From Elusimicrobiota bacterium (GTDB lineage: Bacteria > Elusimicrobiota > Elusimicrobia > Elusimicrobiales > UBA9959): a DNA stretch of 64,000 nt. The position numbers and the translations under genes were made by a program. Location of the stretch: assembly GCA_036574205.1 (NCBI GenBank), contig JAINCQ010000017.1, positions 37,722-101,721 on the forward strand, read 5' to 3'. This document shows positions 40,675-51,283 of this stretch, one piece after another (within the stretch, counting starts at the first letter, position 1; every line of letters begins with the position of its first letter). The notes beneath the pieces were generated by a model. It saw nothing but the letters and a program-made list of their open reading frames with translations, was not told the origin of the DNA and did not search any database.

Positions 40675-40836
40675 TTAGTTTTCAGGTTCAAAATCAGCTT
40701 TTGTAACTCCACAAACAGGGCATACCCATGTTTCAGGTAGCTTTTCAAAAGGAGTTCCCGGTGGTATATTTGAGTCTGGATCCCCTGTCTGTGGATCGTA
40801 TATATACCCGCATACTTTGCATACATACCTTTTCAT
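40675..40836 (-). CDS. Rubredoxin
   Basis: [18 protein letters not shown]...PGT.F..LP..WVCPVCG; start after GGAGG. Confidence 0.96.
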   Translation of the reverse strand: MKRYVCKVCGYIYDPQTGDPDSNIPPGTPFEKLPETWVCPVCGVTKADFEPEN

Positions 40837-40849
40837 AACCCATCCCTCC

Positions 40850-41230
40850 TTAATTATTAGCTTTCCAAAGTCCGTGAAGATTACAATATTCTCTTGCTTC
40901 AACCTTTTGAGCTTTTACGCAGAACTCAGCTACTGGCGCATCGCCCGGCTTTAAAAATTTTCTATAGCTAACACCATCAGCTATAAGTTCAATCCACTCA
41001 ATATAATGCTTTTCTTCCATTGGATGCAAAACACTTCCAACTGTAACTTTATATCCATTTTTTATTTTTTGAATTACTGGAACATGTTTTTCTTTTGCCC
41101 CATCTGAAGTATTTTCAGTAAAAAGTTTCATCTCTTTTCCACAACAGATAAGAGATCCCTGTCCTATATGTAGAACTTCCACTATATTTCCACATACCTC
41201 GCATTTATATATCCCTTTTTGAACTGTCAT
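40850..41230 (-). CDS. dfx: Desulfoferrodoxin (superoxide reductase)
   Basis: YKC..CGNIVEV...CCG, EKHVP, HPM...HYIEWI and YCNLHGLW motifs. Confidence 0.96.
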   Translation of the reverse strand: MTVQKGIYKCEVCGNIVEVLHIGQGSLICCGKEMKLFTENTSDGAKEKHVPVIQKIKNGYKVTVGSVLHPMEEKHYIEWIELIADGVSYRKFLKPGDAPVAEFCVKAQKVEAREYCNLHGLWKANN

Positions 41231-41240
41231 ACTAACCTCC

Positions 41241-41774
41241 TTATACTATTTGTTTCAAAGCGTTTATTGCTTCTTCATAGTTTGGCTCATTTGATATTTC
41301 TTTTACCAGCTGGATATATCTTATTATTCCTTCCCTATCGACTATAAATATACATCTTGCTAAAAGTCTCAGTTCTTTTATGAGTATGCCATAAGACTTT
41401 CCAAAATCAGCCTTTAAGTAATCTGAATATGTTTTTACTCTATTTACGCCAGCCTGACCACACCATCTTTTTTGGGCAAACGGTAAATCCATACTTATTG
41501 TTATTATTTCTATGTCCTGAGAGAGTTTTTGAGCCTCATCATTAAATCTTTTTGTTTCAATATCGCATACAGGGGTATCAAGCGATGGAACGGATGATAT
41601 TAAAACTATTTTTCCTTTATAAGTTCTATAGAATTTCATCGGTGTCATATCATTTGCTATAACCTTAAAGTCAGGGGCTTTATCTCCAATTTTCAACTCT
41701 TCTCCTATAAGCGTTAACTCTCTTCCTTGAAGTGTAACAGTCCTTTTTATTTTTATTTCCTTATTTTCTTCCAT
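41241..41774 (-). CDS. tpx: Thiol peroxidase
   Basis: [24 protein letters not shown] and LLAR motifs. Confidence 0.95.
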   Translation of the reverse strand: MEENKEIKIKRTVTLQGRELTLIGEELKIGDKAPDFKVIANDMTPMKFYRTYKGKIVLISSVPSLDTPVCDIETKRFNDEAQKLSQDIEIITISMDLPFAQKRWCGQAGVNRVKTYSDYLKADFGKSYGILIKELRLLARCIFIVDREGIIRYIQLVKEISNEPNYEEAINALKQIV

Positions 41775-41783
41775 TTCTCCTCC

Positions 41784-42362
41784 TTAAAAATTGTCAGCTA
41801 AAATTTCAAAGTATTCTTGCGGATGAGCGCATGCAGGGCATGATTTTGGAGCTTCACTTCCTTTATGTATGTAACCACAGTTATTACATTTCCATAAGGT
41901 TTCTCTCTCTTTTTTAAAAACAAGTCCTTTTTCTATATTTTCAGCAAGTTTTCTATATCTTTCTTCATGATGTTTTTCAACCGATGCTATTGCCTCAAAA
42001 ATTAATGCAATATTCTCAAAACCTTCCTCTCTTGCAATTTTTGCATATTCAGGATACATATGGGTCCATTCTTCATTCTCTCCTTTTGCGGCTGCAAGAA
42101 GATTTGATTTTGTATCTGATATAACACCAAGAGGGAATTTTGCATCAATATTTATAGCGCTTTCTCCACCTTCAAGAAGTTTAAAGAATCTTTTAGCATG
42201 TTCTTTTTCATTTTCTGCCGTTTCTTCAAATATCCTTGCTATCTGGATATAGCCTTCTTTCTTTGCTACACTTGCAAAGTAGGTATATCTATTTCTTGCC
42301 TGAGATTCTCCAGCAAATGCAGTTAATAGATTTTTCTCAGTTTTTGTTCCTTTTATACTCAT
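41784..42362 (-). CDS. rbr: Rubrerythrin
   Basis: [18 protein letters not shown] and C-terminal C..CGY...CPAC.H motifs. Confidence 0.96.
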   Translation of the reverse strand: MSIKGTKTEKNLLTAFAGESQARNRYTYFASVAKKEGYIQIARIFEETAENEKEHAKRFFKLLEGGESAINIDAKFPLGVISDTKSNLLAAAKGENEEWTHMYPEYAKIAREEGFENIALIFEAIASVEKHHEERYRKLAENIEKGLVFKKERETLWKCNNCGYIHKGSEAPKSCPACAHPQEYFEILADNF

Positions 42363-42392
42363 AGTTTCCTCCTTAACTATTTATTATAACAT

Positions 42393-43142
42393 TTATATAA
42401 ACTGCCTCAAAATTGGTGCTCTTGTTAGAGAAAAATCATATTTTACTGGATCAGATGGATTTATTTTTCTGAAAAAATTTGTTATTTCTATGGCTGTTTT
42501 CATTGAAGAATCTTTTCTTTTTGTTATATTTAATTTGTTTGATATATTTAACATATGGGTATCAAGTGGGATTATCAAAGTGGAAGGAGGGATCTTTTCC
42601 CATATCCCAAAGTCTATTTCGTCTTTTCTTATCATCCATCTTAAAAAGAGGTTTAATCTCTTAAAAGCACTTTTTTTAAATGGACTTGGGATAAGTGTCG
42701 GTGTTGGATAAAAGGAAAATTCTTTTGAAAAATTATAAATTGCTTTATCTAAAAACTCATCAGTATTATTATAATGTTTAATAAAAAACTCATTTAAACT
42801 CCTGTGCCTTGAATATATTCTTTTTAAATTAAGGAGAAATAAAACTAATTCTTTCCCTTTAGTGAACCTATGATTAAAATTTTTGAAATCTTTTTCAATT
42901 TTTTTTGCTGAAGATTTTTTTAAATAATAAAATGGACTTTCTCCCATTTTTTGAAAAATTTTATTAAGGGAGTTGATTATCTGCTTTACATTTCCATAGG
43001 AAAGAGATGAGGATATAAAACCAGCAACCTCTATATCCATTTTTCGTTTAAACCTGTGTGGAAATTGTATTGGATCTGAATATATAAACTCTGATTTGTG
43101 ATAATTTTTATATATTTCTTCAAAGAAATGTTTGTCTTTCAT
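42393..43142 (-). CDS. TIGR02757/DUF2400 family protein
   Basis: DP....H, YG.V.QI, SA.KRLNLFLRWM.R.D.ID.G.W, IPLDTH and DPVKYDF motifs. Confidence 0.9.
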   Translation of the reverse strand: MKDKHFFEEIYKNYHKSEFIYSDPIQFPHRFKRKMDIEVAGFISSSLSYGNVKQIINSLNKIFQKMGESPFYYLKKSSAKKIEKDFKNFNHRFTKGKELVLFLLNLKRIYSRHRSLNEFFIKHYNNTDEFLDKAIYNFSKEFSFYPTPTLIPSPFKKSAFKRLNLFLRWMIRKDEIDFGIWEKIPPSTLIIPLDTHMLNISNKLNITKRKDSSMKTAIEITNFFRKINPSDPVKYDFSLTRAPILRQFI

Positions 43143-43537
43143 TAAAATTTTTTTATTTTTGTATTTATTGTTTTTTCAAAATCTTTCATTGTCCTTAATA
43201 AAAAATCTTTCAAAACACAGGAGTCCTTTTTGCACACTACTGTTTTCATAAAGCATGTATTACCCTGTATTTTCCCATCTATAAGTTCAATTATATCTTT
43301 TAGGGTTGATTCTTCACCTTTTTTTGTAAGAGAATATCCACCATGTGGACCTCGGATTGTTTTTAGAAAACCATGTTTTGCCATTAATTGAAGGATTTTA
43401 CTTAAATGGTTATAACTTACATTAAGTTCTTTTGCTATCTCAGCTGCTATATAAACTTCTTTACTATTTTTTATCATATGATCTATGCAATGTATGGCTA
43501 TTACAGCCGCATCAGATATTTTAATAAGCGTTTGCAT
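43142..43537 (-). CDS. Rrf2 family transcriptional regulator (3 Cys, possible Fe-S ligands)
   Basis: wHTH with HLSKILQ, RGP.GGY.L and C-x6-C-x4-C. Confidence 0.92.
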   Translation of the reverse strand: MQTLIKISDAAVIAIHCIDHMIKNSKEVYIAAEIAKELNVSYNHLSKILQLMAKHGFLKTIRGPHGGYSLTKKGEESTLKDIIELIDGKIQGNTCFMKTVVCKKDSCVLKDFLLRTMKDFEKTINTKIKKF

Positions 43538-43620
43538 AATCCTTCCTTTTTGGCACTATAATACTAATTTATCATTTTTTATATTAAAAAATCAATGTTT
43601 TGTATAAGTTATATAGATTT

Positions 43621-44139
43621 TCAATATTTTAATCTATGAAGGGTCAAGCCAATGCGCATATCACTGGCATATCCTGAGCAAAAAAGCACTGGAAAAGGAA
43701 TAAAATCCTTTTCATTAAAATATCCTCCACAAAAAGATTTCACAATACCGTTTAAATTAATCTGAACTATAAAATAATAATTAAGACAATAATTGTCCCC
43801 TGTTGATGAACAGATAGAATATAGATCAATCTTTGCGTTGAGTTCTATGTGTCCCTCTAAATTGATTGTTTTAAGATCAACATATTGATGAGAATTATAT
43901 ATTTTAAGATCAGCTTCAAGGGGGATATTTTTTTCAATAATCTGAGGCAATAAATAAGAACCTCCAGAATATTTTTGAATCCAGAAAGAAGCATAACCTT
44001 TAATAGAAACCGTTGAATAGTATATATTATTGTTTTTTAAGATTATCTCCCTGTTGGCTATTATTTCATCAAACTCAAATGCAAAAATAGACGCATCAAA
44101 GCAAATAAAAGTAAGGAATATGAATATTATCCTTTTCAC
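43621..44139 (-). CDS. Hypothetical secreted protein
   Basis: Signal-peptide-like N-terminus, four Cys in the mature part. Confidence 0.55.
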   Translation of the reverse strand: MKRIIFIFLTFICFDASIFAFEFDEIIANREIILKNNNIYYSTVSIKGYASFWIQKYSGGSYLLPQIIEKNIPLEADLKIYNSHQYVDLKTINLEGHIELNAKIDLYSICSSTGDNYCLNYYFIVQINLNGIVKSFCGGYFNEKDFIPFPVLFCSGYASDMRIGLTLHRLKY

Positions 44140-44211
44140 TATATTAAAGTATAGTAAATTTTTAAATTTTTTTTTAAAAAAACTATGATAAATGATATTA
44201 TTATAAAACTT

Positions 44212-45384
44212 TTATTCAATAACTTTTAACAGGCAAAATCTTAAATATTTTGTTTCTTTCATCCCTGAAATTATAGGATGATCTTTTGCCTGAGTTCCAG
44301 TATAAAGATAAAAAATTTTCCTGTTTGATTTAATTGAAGCTGTTTCAACTATTTCATTAAACACCTCGTCTGATACATGTTGTGAGCAGGTGGAAAAAGC
44401 TATGTATCCATTTTTTTCAATAGATTTCATTGAAGACTTTAAAAGTTTTATATATAACCTTTTAGCCTCAAATAAATGTTTTTTGTTTCTTACAAAATTT
44501 GGTGGGTCCAATAATATAAAATCAGGTTTTTGAGGTAATTCATCATTTAGCATAGCTTTTAGTATTTTTTCTGCGGAAATTGCTTTGAATATAAGTTTTG
44601 AATCGGGAATTTTATTCAGTTTTTTGTTTTCTTCCGCCATTTCTATAGCCTTTTCTGAAGAATCTATACCCCATACCATTTTTGCTCTGCTTTTAGCCGC
44701 TATAATAGAAAAAGCGCCGGTATAGCAATATAAGTCCATTACTTTCCTATCTTTAAAATATGGTTTTAAATATTCCCTGTTTTCTCTTTGATCAAAATAC
44801 CACCCAGTTTTTTGAGAGTTTAAAATATCTACTTTAAATTTCGATCCGTTTTCCGTTATGATTATCTTATCCGAAATATTGCCTATTATTTCAGGTTTTT
44901 CTATTTTAAGTCCTTCAAGCAACCTATAGGTGTGATCTTTTTTGATTAAAATTGCTTTGGGCATGAAGATTTTTTGTATGACCTCAATTATTTGATTTTT
45001 TAAAAGTTCTACACCAGCGGACAAAATTTCTACTACAATTGTATCAGAGTATTTGTCTATTATAAGTCCGCCTATCCCGTCACTTTCTCCAAAAAAAAAT
45101 CTTCCGCTATCAAGTTTTAATTCCTCTCTATATTTAAATGCGTTTTGAATTGATTTCTCCAGAAAATCGGATTCAAGTTCTTTTCCTTTTGAAAGAAGTC
45201 GTATAGATATAAGACTATGGGGATTATAGAATCCATATCCACAGAGTGAATCATCAGAATAAAGAATTTTTACTATCTCTCCATTAGTAACTGAAAAATC
45301 ATGTTTTTCAATTTCGTTAGAGAATATCCACAGATGAGAATTTAATCTTTCAATGAATTTTTCTTTTAATTTTATTGTTTTCAC
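44212..45384 (-). CDS. RlmI-like SAM-dependent rRNA methyltransferase
   Basis: PUA-like N-terminus, QKTGWYFDQR.NR, DLYCYTGAFS, LDPP.F and DHP motifs. Confidence 0.9.
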   Translation of the reverse strand: MKTIKLKEKFIERLNSHLWIFSNEIEKHDFSVTNGEIVKILYSDDSLCGYGFYNPHSLISIRLLSKGKELESDFLEKSIQNAFKYREELKLDSGRFFFGESDGIGGLIIDKYSDTIVVEILSAGVELLKNQIIEVIQKIFMPKAILIKKDHTYRLLEGLKIEKPEIIGNISDKIIITENGSKFKVDILNSQKTGWYFDQRENREYLKPYFKDRKVMDLYCYTGAFSIIAAKSRAKMVWGIDSSEKAIEMAEENKKLNKIPDSKLIFKAISAEKILKAMLNDELPQKPDFILLDPPNFVRNKKHLFEAKRLYIKLLKSSMKSIEKNGYIAFSTCSQHVSDEVFNEIVETASIKSNRKIFYLYTGTQAKDHPIISGMKETKYLRFCLLKVIE

Positions 45385-45389
45385 TTTTT

Positions 45390-46169
45390 TTAGATTGATA
45401 CAAAAACCTCAACCTTTTCTCCTATTTTTATCCCATGTGTCTTTGAAAAATTTGCATTTTTTATTGAAAATTCTACCAGATCATATGATCCTATAATCGC
45501 TATTTCCTCGTTATTTAGTCCCATTGCATATGTATGTTTTAATCCTTTGATAATTATATTTGAAATATTAAAAATAGATTTTGGAGTCACATAATCTTTG
45601 GGTATATTTGTTATGGCGTTTCCAAATCTATCTATAGCTATAACTTCCCCTTTTATGGTATTGCCTATCCTTAAAGGGTGGGGAAATGGTATTCTGTGAT
45701 AGGATTCATATATTGGTCCTATATCCTGCTCTTTAAAACCCTTTGATATTAAGGCGGCAGCGGGAGCCATTATATCCCTTCCATGAAAAGTGGAGCTGAT
45801 TTTTTCAAGAAAAAGTTTTTCATTGTCTATTATTCTTATTTCTATTATCTTTTCCTTTTCTTCAACCCAGCTTATAATACCGTTATCAGGTGCTATTATC
45901 TGATGTTTTTCGGTTTTTAGCCATAAAATTGCTCTTCCAGTTCCTACATCAGGATCAATTACACAAAGCATAATAGCCGATTTGGGAAGATAACAGATTG
46001 ATGTCATAAGATAAAAAGCAGCGGTTTTTATGTCCTGGGGGGGGATTGAATGCGTAATGTCTATTATATTTACAGACTGATTTTTAGAATAAATTACTGA
46101 TTTCATTATGCCGACAAATGGATCATTTTCTCCAAAATCGGTAAGGAGCGCTATAAATTTAGTCTTCAT
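45390..46169 (-). CDS. SAM hydrolase / SAM-dependent halogenase family (DUF62)
   Basis: LLTDFG..D.FVG.MK, DITH, VIDP.VG, APDNG, STFHGRD and DRFGN.ITN motifs. Confidence 0.92.
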   Translation of the reverse strand: MKTKFIALLTDFGENDPFVGIMKSVIYSKNQSVNIIDITHSIPPQDIKTAAFYLMTSICYLPKSAIMLCVIDPDVGTGRAILWLKTEKHQIIAPDNGIISWVEEKEKIIEIRIIDNEKLFLEKISSTFHGRDIMAPAAALISKGFKEQDIGPIYESYHRIPFPHPLRIGNTIKGEVIAIDRFGNAITNIPKDYVTPKSIFNISNIIIKGLKHTYAMGLNNEEIAIIGSYDLVEFSIKNANFSKTHGIKIGEKVEVFVSI

Positions 46170-46171
46170 AA

Positions 46172-46747
46172 CTATTTGGAAGAGCTTATTATGGTAAGGG
46201 GAATTCCCATCTTACATAAAGGGCAGTTTTCTGGAGTATAAAGTTCAAGTGGAAAAGAAACAAGTCCTCTAACCGGAACATTAAAAAAAGGCAACTCTCC
46301 TGTAGATCTATCAACTATTGCCGCAACGCCTATCACTTTGGCTTTATAATTTCTTGCAAGAGATATAGCCTCGGCGCACATCTTGCCTGTGGAAAAAACA
46401 TCGTCAACTACAAGAACTTTTTCTCCTTCCTCTATCTTAAAATTTCTTTTTAGCATCATTATGCCATCTACCCTTTCGGTAAATATTGATCTTGCTTTTT
46501 TAATTCTTGCAACCTCCTGTCCAATAACTATCGTTGCGGGATTTGGAGAGATAACCACGTCTATGTTCGTTGGAAATTTATTAGCCATTTCTTTTGCTAT
46601 TTTTTGAGCTATATGGGGATATTGAAGAACAATAGAGGTTTGTATATATGTTTGGGAATGAAATCCCGAGGGAAGTTGGAAATGTCCACTAACAACAGCT
46701 CCATGCTCCTGAAGAATCCCTATTATATCAAATTTATTTTTAGCCAT
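46172..46747 (-). CDS. pyrE: Orotate phosphoribosyltransferase
   Basis: GHF.L.SG.HS..Y, VVDDVFSTG, VDRS and CPLC motifs. Confidence 0.88.
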   Translation of the reverse strand: MAKNKFDIIGILQEHGAVVSGHFQLPSGFHSQTYIQTSIVLQYPHIAQKIAKEMANKFPTNIDVVISPNPATIVIGQEVARIKKARSIFTERVDGIMMLKRNFKIEEGEKVLVVDDVFSTGKMCAEAISLARNYKAKVIGVAAIVDRSTGELPFFNVPVRGLVSFPLELYTPENCPLCKMGIPLTIISSSK

Positions 46748-46759
46748 TTTTCCTCCTTT

Positions 46760-48805
46760 TTAATTAATATTCAAAGAGCTTTGAACTTGTTTTTCAACAA
46801 GTTCAGTTATGTTTGTCGCGTCAAATATTTTTACTTCGTTTTTATTGAAACTTCCTTTTACACTAAAAGCCAGAGCTGGTCTACCTTTTGAATCTGTAAG
46901 AGATTCTGGCAATGCTCCTGATTTATAATCTTTTCTGTTTATTATATAAACTTCAAGGTTAACTAACTGGTTGTTCATATCTAAATTGCCTTTAGCATAT
47001 ATCAAAAACTCTTTTGAGTTAAGATAAAATTTATTAACTATTATTTTACCATTATTTAAATTAAAATCAGCGCCCATATCTGAAAAATTTATTGAGTTAA
47101 GAGTGGAATCCAGCATTAAAGCACCGATTCTGTTTAAACTGAATATTTTAATTATTGGAAGAAAAATCAATTGATATCTTTCATTTTTTTCAGTATTTTT
47201 TTGTATATTGTCCATAATTCCATTTAAAATTTTTATTTTTATATTTCCAATTGAACGATTTAATCTGCCAAATCTATCTATGTCGCATTTTATAATAATT
47301 TTAGATGCTTTTATCAAGTCTGTTTTTATAAGGTTTTCTGAATCCCATAATATAACTGCTTTTCTGTTAATAAGGGAATATTTTGAATTGTAATTAACAG
47401 GTATCTTTGAAAGTTTATTATCAAAATAATTGAATATCTCGTAAAATCTGTCAAAATCAAATTTTGTAGTATTAATTTTAATGTTAAAGCTTCTTTTGGG
47501 GGAATTTATGTTTTTTATAAATATAGAAGATTTTGCTTTAATGTCATCAAGGGTGAAAAAAATTTCAATTTTTTCATTTTTACCATCAGAATCACTTTTT
47601 AAGCTTCCTGACGCTTTTCCTTGTGGAAATTCGGCAATTGTTTTTATTATATTTAAGGCTGTCCATGAGGGGGTTATCATAAGTTTTAAATTCGTATTTT
47701 TAAAATTTAAAAGATTATTTGTATCGCTAAAATTTAACCCTGAAGACTGAGCGATAAGATATAGCTTGCCTGCTCCGTCTTTCTCTCTTATAATTATATC
47801 CATATCCACTTTTCCGCTAAAATTTTTTATATAAGGATTTACAAAATTCGAAACTTTTTTAATATCAGTTCCTTTTGTTTTGATTTCAGCTGAAATTATC
47901 TTTCCTGATTTTATATCTATATCCATTGTAACAAAAACATTCAATTCCTTTATGTAAGATTTCAAGTTTAAGACATTATTGGATAAAAGATTTGAGTCTA
48001 TTGATGCATCAAACCTATCAAAAAATATATCCTTATTTATTTTGAGAAAATCCTTTAAATTTATCTTTTCAGAGGTCTTTAAGATGAGCCGGGAAGATAA
48101 CTCTGGAATATTTTTAAATTCGCCAGTTATCTCTATCCTTTTGTTTTTTATTGTGGTTTCTAATTTATTGATTTCTATCCTGTTGGTTTTATCAAAAGAA
48201 AAATCAGATTTTATTCCTATATTTCTTATAGAATCGCTTTGATAATTCATATCTATATTACATAAGAAAGTTTTGCTAAAAAGTTTTTTTGTGAGCTTAA
48301 AATCTTTTATTTCTATAAAAGATTTGTATTTGTTATCTTTGTTTTCAAGTTTTATTATTGAGTTGAGTAGTTTTATGTCAGGAAGTTCATATTTATTTTT
48401 TTCTTTTTCTGAGAAAATTTTTTCTATATTCCATATGTTGTCTTTTTTCCATAAGTTTATCTCTGCGCCTTCTGCGAAAATTTCATCTGGCTTTAATATA
48501 AAGTTTTTCAAAAAGAAAGAAGTGTTAATATTAATTCTGATTGTTTTTATTTTTCCAATAGAGGATTTTGAATCTTTTAAAGTAATTATAATATCTGTAA
48601 GTGTTATTTTATCTGGAAAAGATATTTCAAAATCAGAGAATGATATAATTACATTTTTTTTATCGTTTATGGTTTCTGTTATATAATTTTTTATGTTTTC
48701 TTTTGTCAAATATTTTTTATATATGAACACAAAAGAAATAGCAAAAGCTAAAATTAGCGAAAATATTAAAAGTGTCAGAAATTTCAAAACTTTAAAAAAA
48801 ATCAT
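46760..48805 (-). CDS. AsmA-like (DUF748-type) envelope protein
   Basis: N-terminal TM anchor, beta-rich body, C-terminal F.L.NG.I...G..D motif typical of AsmA-like proteins. Confidence 0.6.
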   Translation of the reverse strand: MIFFKVLKFLTLLIFSLILAFAISFVFIYKKYLTKENIKNYITETINDKKNVIISFSDFEISFPDKITLTDIIITLKDSKSSIGKIKTIRININTSFFLKNFILKPDEIFAEGAEINLWKKDNIWNIEKIFSEKEKNKYELPDIKLLNSIIKLENKDNKYKSFIEIKDFKLTKKLFSKTFLCNIDMNYQSDSIRNIGIKSDFSFDKTNRIEINKLETTIKNKRIEITGEFKNIPELSSRLILKTSEKINLKDFLKINKDIFFDRFDASIDSNLLSNNVLNLKSYIKELNVFVTMDIDIKSGKIISAEIKTKGTDIKKVSNFVNPYIKNFSGKVDMDIIIREKDGAGKLYLIAQSSGLNFSDTNNLLNFKNTNLKLMITPSWTALNIIKTIAEFPQGKASGSLKSDSDGKNEKIEIFFTLDDIKAKSSIFIKNINSPKRSFNIKINTTKFDFDRFYEIFNYFDNKLSKIPVNYNSKYSLINRKAVILWDSENLIKTDLIKASKIIIKCDIDRFGRLNRSIGNIKIKILNGIMDNIQKNTEKNERYQLIFLPIIKIFSLNRIGALMLDSTLNSINFSDMGADFNLNNGKIIVNKFYLNSKEFLIYAKGNLDMNNQLVNLEVYIINRKDYKSGALPESLTDSKGRPALAFSVKGSFNKNEVKIFDATNITELVEKQVQSSLNIN

Positions 48806-49497
48806 TTTGTAAAATCTTTAACAATAAAAATCAAACTTTTAAAAAGCAGAAATATTTTTTTTATTAAAATCACATAGTATTTGAAAGATTCTGTAAAAAA
48901 TATTTTTAATCCTGATACGCCTGAGGGAGTGGACAATAATATTATGGTTGCAAATATAATAAGATTGAAAAGGGTTATTAAAACTATTGAAGAGATTCTT
49001 CCTCCAGTCTCTTTAAAATCTTTTTGATTCAAAGATATTACTTCTATCGTGTTTAGAATGTGGAAAGATATGAGAAACCCCTGAAAAAAAAGAAAAATAC
49101 CAAAATATTTTCCCTCTATTCCTTTATTTACAAAGATGTAGAACAGAAAAAAAATAGCATTGTAAAGAGGAAAGATATATGGAGAAATTGCAGTGATAAC
49201 ATTAGATTTAGCGCTAAAAATTACATAACCTTTGTTTGGTTTAACACTTATTTTTTTTATCCTGTTGCCGCTTAAAAATCCAAATATTGCATGAGAAAAC
49301 TCATGAGATAAAACATAAAGATAGGATATTATTTTTTTTCGTTTCATAGAAAAATGAGCCAGCAGATATATTATAAAACCAACGGCAAGCGGGAAAGATC
49401 TATTAATATTGGATATAAAAATATTGATTAGACCTGCATAAGATAACGCTACTGCTGCTATCATTGGCAAAGCAAGAAGGGTCGTTATTCTTATCAT
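48802..49497 (-). CDS. M50-like membrane metallopeptidase
   Basis: HEFSH motif in a TM context, I...PY..P and downstream D. Confidence 0.7.
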   Translation of the reverse strand: MIRITTLLALPMIAAVALSYAGLINIFISNINRSFPLAVGFIIYLLAHFSMKRKKIISYLYVLSHEFSHAIFGFLSGNRIKKISVKPNKGYVIFSAKSNVITAISPYIFPLYNAIFFLFYIFVNKGIEGKYFGIFLFFQGFLISFHILNTIEVISLNQKDFKETGGRISSIVLITLFNLIIFATIILLSTPSGVSGLKIFFTESFKYYVILIKKIFLLFKSLIFIVKDFTK

Positions 49498-49901
49498 TTA
49501 TTAATCTGAGGTTTTGTTCCCAATATCTTATGTATCGTAGCAGTCAAAAGAGCATTTTTTATTGGTTTTTGTATAAATTCCTTGACATTTGGTTCCATTT
49601 TAATCATCTCGGATGTAGTTCTGTCCATATACTTGCCTGTTATTATTATTATTGGTATATGAGCTGTATCATACATCTGTAATTCCCTGAGTATTTCAAA
49701 ACCTCCATAACCCGGCAACATCAAGTCAAGAATTATAAGGTCCGGGGAAAGCTCTTTTGCCTTTTGTAAAGCTTCTTTTCCATTAGAGCATTTTTCAACC
49801 TTAAATCCCTCTTTTTTAATAATAAACTCAAGAAGGTCTCTTATGCTTTCATCATCATCAACTATCAAGATAAGTTTTTCAGAAGGTTGCGCTAATTCCA
49901 T
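49494..49901 (-). CDS. Single-domain response regulator
   Basis: ILIVDDD, DLIILDLMLP and KP motifs. Confidence 0.93.
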   Translation of the reverse strand: MELAQPSEKLILIVDDDESIRDLLEFIIKKEGFKVEKCSNGKEALQKAKELSPDLIILDLMLPGYGGFEILRELQMYDTAHIPIIIITGKYMDRTTSEMIKMEPNVKEFIQKPIKNALLTATIHKILGTKPQINK

Positions 49902-49913
49902 AAAAATATAATT

Positions 49914-50144
49914 TTAGTAGTTTGTGGTAACAAGAGTTTCAGTAGTCTGAACGCCATGTGTAGATCGGACTTCCCTTAATATCATGTTTGATAATCTGTC
50001 CATTGTTTCAGCTTCCGCAATTATTATCGCATCCCATGCTCCAAAAGTCATGTAAACATCTTTAACACCCCTGACACTTTTTATCTGAGAAATGGCTTTT
50101 TGCTCAAGCCCAGCTATCAATTTACACAGCACAAATGCTATCAT
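49914..50144 (-). CDS. Lrp/AsnC ligand-binding (RAM) domain protein
   Basis: GV..V...FG.WD.I......GV..TETLV pattern. Confidence 0.85.
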   Translation of the reverse strand: MIAFVLCKLIAGLEQKAISQIKSVRGVKDVYMTFGAWDAIIIAEAETMDRLSNMILREVRSTHGVQTTETLVTTNY

Positions 50145-50209
50145 ATTTTCCTCCTATGAATTATTATACAAAAAAATTTGATATAATAACTTATATTAAG
50201 GAGGAAAAT

Positions 50210-51262
50210 ATGGCGGTAAAAATAGGAATAAATGGTTTCGGAAGGATAGGAAGACTGGTAACACGTGCTATTTTTGAAAGAAAACTTTCTGAGATTGAGT
50301 TGATTGCGGTCAATGATCTTACTGACGCAAAGACAAATGCTCATCTTTTTAAGTATGACTCAATCCATGGTGTATATAATGGTGATGTTAAAGTTCTTTC
50401 TGATGACGAAATTTCAATAGATGGTAAAAAGGTAAAGATTTTGAAAAAGAAAGATCCAGCTGAACTGCCCTGGAAGGATCTGGGAGTGGAGATAGTTATT
50501 GAATCAACAGGGCTTTTTACTGTTAAAAAAGATGGAATAAATAAAAAAGGAAAAGAGGTAAAAGGAGCTGAAAATCATATAACAAAAGGTGGGGCGAAAA
50601 AAGTTATTATCTCTGCTCCAGCGGAGGGTGAAGATATTACGATAGTTATGGGAGTGAATGAAGATAAATATGATCCCAGAAATCATCATGTGGTTTCAAA
50701 CGCTTCTTGCACCACAAACTGCCTTGCCCCTTTTGTTAAGGTTATTAATGAAAAATGGGGGATAGAAAAAGGCTTAATGACGACAATTCATTCATATACC
50801 AATGACCAGAAAATTCTTGATATGGCGCATTCTGATTTAAGAAGGGCAAGGGCCGGGGCTTTGAGCATGATTCCTACAACTACCGGAGCCGCAAAGGCTA
50901 TTTCGCTTGTTATACCTGAATTGAAAGGTAAGCTTGATGGTTTTGCTATAAGGGTTCCAACTCCAAACGTATCAGTTGTTGATTTAAGCGCTACAATAAA
51001 AAAAGAAGCCACTGCTGAAGAGATAAATGCTGCGTTAAAGGCTGCAAGCGAAAATGAACTTAAAGGAATACTTGGATATACTGATGAACCACTTGTTTCA
51101 GTTGATTTCAATCATTGTCCGTTAAGCTCATATATTGATGGTAAATCTACTAAGGTTATTGGCGGAAATTTTATAAAAGTTTTATCCTGGTATGACAATG
51201 AATGGGGGTATTCCAATAGGGTTGTTGACCTTGCGCTTTATATGATAAAAAAAGGATTATAA
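50210..51262 (+). CDS. gap: Type I glyceraldehyde-3-phosphate dehydrogenase
   Basis: [19 protein letters not shown] and WYDNEWGY motifs; ATG 50210 after GGAGG. Confidence 0.98.
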   Translation: MAVKIGINGFGRIGRLVTRAIFERKLSEIELIAVNDLTDAKTNAHLFKYDSIHGVYNGDVKVLSDDEISIDGKKVKILKKKDPAELPWKDLGVEIVIESTGLFTVKKDGINKKGKEVKGAENHITKGGAKKVIISAPAEGEDITIVMGVNEDKYDPRNHHVVSNASCTTNCLAPFVKVINEKWGIEKGLMTTIHSYTNDQKILDMAHSDLRRARAGALSMIPTTTGAAKAISLVIPELKGKLDGFAIRVPTPNVSVVDLSATIKKEATAEEINAALKAASENELKGILGYTDEPLVSVDFNHCPLSSYIDGKSTKVIGGNFIKVLSWYDNEWGYSNRVVDLALYMIKKGL

Positions 51263-51283
51263 GAAATATTGCAGGAGGGTTTT

